DNA from: Centroscyllium fabricii
Taxonomy: Eukaryota
DNA length: 64,000 nt
NCBI GenBank assembly: GCA_051313645.2
Contig: JBNRSN020000012.1
Span: 54,746,001 to 54,810,000 of the forward strand
Direction of reading: 5' to 3'
Of this stretch, positions 53,901-59,900 are shown one piece after another; the first letter of the stretch is position 1, and every line of letters begins with the position of its first letter. The position numbers and the translations under genes are program-made. The notes below the pieces were generated by a model. The model did no database searches and was not told the DNA's origin. It saw nothing but the letters and a program-made list of their open reading frames with translations.

Positions 53901-56900
53901 TTGTGGATACCTGTTGTTTCACTTGTTGAGGCTAAAGTGGTTGTAGAAGCTGTAACAGTTGTAGATGGTTCTGTTGATGTGCTTTGTTCTGATATTGGAG
54001 ATGATGATGATGTAGCTGTTGATGTTAAAAGAAATATCAGTGAAAGAAAGCAATGCTCCTGCTGATTGCAGCATAAATCACGTAATTTGAGAAAGGTAAG
54101 TTTAGTGAAATAAATTAAATACATGATCAACATGAAAATGATTTGTTCCTTTGATATTTATTCTGAGAGTTTCCATGATCTCAATTTTGAGCACTATGCA
54201 TTAAATTGTGAGTGGGTTATTACTGGAGTTTTTTGTTTTCCAAAGTTTACCACTACAGAGATTATCAATTTCGCTGGTATGTTGTCATTATAAATTTTTC
54301 AAGGCACCAGCTCTGGACAGCCGCAGTGGCATTTAGATTAATGACAGAAAGTATTATCAACATCAGTAATTGTTCCATTCTATGATCTTGGATTTCTAGG
54401 TTGCAATAGATTATACCTGTTGATGCTGGTGATGTTGATGTGGATGAGATCAGAGCTGTCGTTGCTTCTGTTGAAGTGCTTCCTTCTGAGGTTCCAGATG
54501 ATGTTGAAGCTGCTAATATGTACAGAAATGTCAGAAAAACTGGGCAAAGCTCTTCCAGGTACCATCAAAATTAGTGCAAACTGACCAACAAAGCGAATGA
54601 GCTGAAGTCAAAAATGTTTACAACAGTTGTGCTTGCAAGGAAAATTATTATGCAGTTGTGTAATTTGGAACTGAAGCGAATGAGATGCTTATATTTTCCC
54701 ACTGAAGGAGCCTCCATGATATATAACATGAAATATGAACATTAATTAAACTTTGAGTTTCTTGTCGGAGATATCAGTTTTTAGACTAGTTACATCCATG
54801 ATTACAGAGAATAAGACATGCAGGTTAGGTGAATTGGAGATACTAAAAATTGCCCATGGGTGTGTGTGTGTGTGAGATATAGTTCTTAGAGTTTGGGGGT
54901 GTCGGGGGATATGGGGAGAGGGTAGGAGGGGGGTGCTGGGTTTGGATGATCAGCTATGATCTCATCAAAAATGGTGAAGCAGGCTAGAAGGGCCGACTGG
55001 TCTACTCCTGCTCCTATCTTCTGTGTTTCTGTGTTGCTACATAAGAATGTTGCTGCATTAGTATGTTTATGGATTGTACTAGGCATAATATTTGGAGCCA
55101 AGAAGTGACTGTGTTTGTTGTGACAAGAAGTACAGAGACATCTGAGGCTGCTGACTATGAAAGTGTTCTAGGAGATAAGGGAAGGAAATTGGAACGTTTG
55201 ATACCTCTCGAAGGAATCAAAGATGTTGATGGTTCTGCTGCTGTGTTTAATAGTGATGGCTCAATTGGTGATATGGCAGTAGAAATGTAAGGATATTTAC
55301 AGCCATGGAACTGTGATGACACAAAAGTCTTTTACTCTTTTGAGCAAATTTGTTTATATTGGTTCAAATCCCTCCATGGCCTCGGCCCTCCCCATCTCTT
55401 TAATCTCCTCGAGTCCATCAACCCTCCAAGATATCTGCACTCCTCGAATTCTGGTCTATTGACAATCCCTGATTTTAATCGCTCTAGCTGTTGTGCCTTC
55501 AGCTGCCATGGCCCTAAGCTCTGGAACACTCTTCCTAAATCTCACTGCCTCTCTAACATCACTTTCCCCTTTTAAGCCGTCCCTTAAAATCTACGTCTTT
55601 GACTAACTATCTGGCCAAATATATTAATATCACCTTATGTGGCTCGGTGTCAAATTTTGTTTGATAATGCTCTCGTGGAACGCCTTGTTATTCTTTGCTA
55701 TGTTAATGGGGGTATATAAATACAATCTTTTGTTGTTTTTCTTGTCATGGTAAAACTATTGTCTGTTGCATGATTGAAAAATGATTTATCAGTGGGATAG
55801 TTGAAAGTTGAAAATTTGGATAGCATTGTGGATACCTGTTGTTTCAATTGTGGAGGCTAAGGTGGTTGAAGTGAATACTCAACTGGTGCTTTAGCAGTAG
55901 AAATGTAACATTATTAACAGACATGGAACTGTGAAGGTACAAATGGCATTTACACTTTTGAAAAAGTTGTTTACAATGGTCAAGGTAAGACTAGTGTCTA
56001 TTGCTTGATTGAAAAATGATTTATCAGCGGGATGGTTGGACATTGACAATTGAGATTGCATTGTGGATACCTGTTGTTTCACTTGTTGAGGCTAAAGAGG
56101 TTGAAGAAGCGGTTACAGTTGTAGATGGTTCTGTTGATGTGCTTTGTTCTGATGTTGAAGTTGATGATGATGTAGCTGTTGATGTCAAAAGAAATGTCAG
56201 TGAAAGAAAGCAATGCTCCTGCTGATTGCAGCATAAATCACGTCAAATGAGAAAGGTAAGTTTAGTGAAACTAATTAAAAACATGATCAACATGAAAATG
56301 ATGTGTTCCTTTGATATTTACTCTGAGCGTTTCCATGATCTCAATTTTGAGCATTATGCACTAAATTGCGAGTGTGTTATTACTGGAGTTTTTTGTTTTC
56401 CAAAGTTTACCATTACAGAGAATTGTTCCCTTCTATGATCTTGTATTTCTAGGTTGCAATAGATTATACCTGTTGATGCTGGTGATGTTGCTGTGGATGA
56501 GATCAGAGCTGTTGTTGCTTCTGTTGAAGTGCTTCCTTCTGAGGTTCCAGATGATGTCGAAGCTGTTAATATGTACAGAAATGTTGTGAAAAACTGGGCA
56601 AAGGTCTTCCAAGTACCATCATAATTAGTGCTAATGAGCTGAAGTCAAAAACGTTTACAACAGTTGTACTTGCAAGAAAAATTATTATGCATTTGTGTAA
56701 TTTGGAACTGAAGCGAATGAGATGCTTATATTTTCCCACTGAAGGAGCCTCCATGATATATAACATCAAATATTAACATGAATTAAACTTTGAGTTTCTT
56801 GTCAGAGATATCTGTTTTTAGACTAATTATATCCATGATTACAGAAATAAGAATGTGGCTGCATTAGTATGTTTATGGATTGTATGATCATAATATTTGG

Positions 56901-59900
56901 AGCCAAGTAGTGACTGTTTGTTGTGCCAAGAAGTACAGAGACATCTGAGGCTGCTGACTTTGAAACCGTTCCAGGAGATAAGGGAAGGAAATTGGAATGT
57001 TTGATACCTCTTGCAGGAATCAAAGATGTTGATGGTTCTGCTGCTGTGTTTAATAGTGATGGCTCAATTGGTGATATGGCAGTAGAAATGTAAGAGTATT
57101 TACAGTCATGGAACTGTGAAGGCACAAATGGCATTTCCACTTAAAAAAAAATTGTTTACAATGATCAAGGTAAGACTGGTGTCTATTGCTTGATTGAAAA
57201 ATGATTTATCAGCGGGATGGTTGAACATTGACAATTGAGATTGCATTGTGGATACCTGTTGTTTCACTTGTTGAGGCTAAAGTGGTTGAAGAAGCGGTTA
57301 CAGTTGTAGATGGTGCTGTTGATGTGCTTTGTTCTGATGTTGAAGATGATGATGATGTAGCTGTTGATGTCAAAAGAAATGTCAGTGAAAGAAAGCAATG
57401 CTCCTGCTGATTGCAGCATAAATCATGTCAAATGAGAAAGGTAAGTTTAGTGAAACTAATTAAAAACATGATCAACATGAAAATGATGTGTTCCTTTGAT
57501 ATTTACTCTGAGCGTTTCCATGATCTCAATTTTGAGCATTATGCACTAAATTGCGAGTGTGTTATTACTGGAGTTTTTTGTTTTCCAAAGTTTACCATTA
57601 CAGAGAATTGTTCCCTTCTATGATCTTGGATTTCTAGGTTGCAATAGATTATACCTGTTGATGCTGGTGATGTTGCTGTGGATGAGATCAGAGCTGTTGT
57701 TGCTTCTGTTGAAGTGCTTCCTTCTGAGGTTCCAGATGATGTTGAAGCTGATAATATGTACAGAAATGTCAGAAAAACAGGGCAAAGCTCTTCCAGGTAC
57801 CATCATAATTAGTGCAAGCTGACCAACAAAGCTAATGAGCTGAAGTCAAAAACATTTACAACAGTTGTGCTTGCAAGAAAAATTATTATGCAGTTGTGTA
57901 ATTTGGAACTGAAGCGAATAAGATGCTTATATTTTCCCACTGAAGGAGCCTCCATGATATATAACATCAAATATTAACATTAATTAAACTTTGAGTTTCT
58001 GGTCAGAGATATCTGTTTTTAGACTAGTTATATCCATGATTACAGAGAATAAGAATGTGGCTGCATTAGTATGTTTATGGATTGTATGAGCATAAAATTT
58101 GGAGCCAAGAAGTGACTGTATATGTTGTGCCAAGAAGTACAGAGACATCTGAGGCTGCTGACTTTGAAACCGTTCTAGGAGATAAAGGAAGGAAATTGGA
58201 ATGTTTGATACCTCTTGAAGGAATCAAAGATGTTGATGGTTCTGCTGCTGTGTTTAATAGTGATGGCTCAATTGGTGATATGGCAGTAGGAATGTAAGAG
58301 TATTTACAGTCATGGAACTGTGAAGGCATAAAAGTCTATACACATTTGAGCAAATTTGTTTATTCTGGTTCAAATCGCTCCATGACCTCGGCCCTCCCCA
58401 TCTCTGTAATCACCTCAGGCCCATCAACCCTCCAAGATATCTGCACTCCTCCAATTCTGGCCTATTGACAATCTCTGATTTCAATCACTCCACCATTGGC
58501 TGTTGTGCCTTCAGCTGCCATGGCCGTGAGCTCTGGAACTCTCTTACTAAATCTCACTGCCTCGCTAACATCACTTTGCCCCTTTAAGACGCTCCTCAAA
58601 ACCTACATCTTTGACTAACTATCTGGCCAAATATATTAATATCACCTTATGTGGCTCGGTGTCAAATTTTGTTTGATAATGCTCCAGTGGAACGTCTTGT
58701 TATTCTTTACTATGTTAAAGGGGGTATATAAATACAATCTTTTGTTGTTTTTCTTGTCAAGGTAAGACTATTGTCTGTTGCTTGATTGAAAAATGATTTA
58801 TCAGTGTGATAGTTGAACGTTAAAAATTGGGATAGCATTGTGGATACCTGTTGTTTCAATTGCAGAGGCTAAAGTGGTTGAAGTGAATACACAACTGGTG
58901 CTTTAGCAGTAGAAATGTAACATTATTAACAGACATGGAACTGTGAAGGCACAAATGGCATTTACACTTAAATAAAAATTGTTTACAATGGTCAAGGTAA
59001 GACTGGTGTCTATTGCTTGATTGAAAAATGATTTATCAGCGGGATGGTTGAACATTGACAAATGAGATTGCATTGTGGATACCTGTTGTTTCACTTGTTG
59101 AGGCTAAAGTGGTTGTAGAAGCTGTAACAGTTGTAGATGGTTCTGTTGATGTGCTTTGTTCTGATATTGGAGATGATGATGATGTAGCTGTTGATGTTAA
59201 AAGAAATATCAGTGAAAGAAAGCAATGCTCCTGCTGATTGCAGCATAAATCACGTAATTTGAGAAAGGTAAGTTTAGTGAAATAAATTAAATACATGATC
59301 AACATGAAAATGATTTGTTCCTTTGATATTTATTCTGAGAGTTTCCATGATCTCAATGTTGAGCACTATGCATTAAATTGTGAGTGGGTTATTACTGGAG
59401 TTTTTTGTTTTCCAAAGTTTACCACTACAGAGATTATCAATTTCGCTGGTATGTTGTCATTATAAATTTTTCAAGGCACCAGCTCTGGACAGCCGCAGTG
59501 GCATTTAGATTAATGACAGAAAGTATTATCAACATCAGTAATTGTTCCATTCTATGATCTTGGATTTCTATGTTGCAATAGATTATACCTGTTGATGCTG
59601 GTGATGTTGATGTGGATGAGATCAGAGCTGTCGTTGCTTCTGTTGAAGTGCTTCCTTCTGAGGTTCCAGATGATGTTGAAGCTGCTAATATGTACAGAAA
59701 TGTCAGAAAAACTGGGCAAAGCTCTTCCAGGTACCATCAAAATTAGTGCAAACTGACCAACAAAGCGAATGAGCTGAAGTCAAAAATGTTTACAACAGTT
59801 GTGCTTGCAAGGAAAATTATTATGCAGTTGTGTAATTTGGAACTGAAGCGAATGAGATGCTTATATTTTCCCACTGAAGGAGCCTCCATGATATATAACA

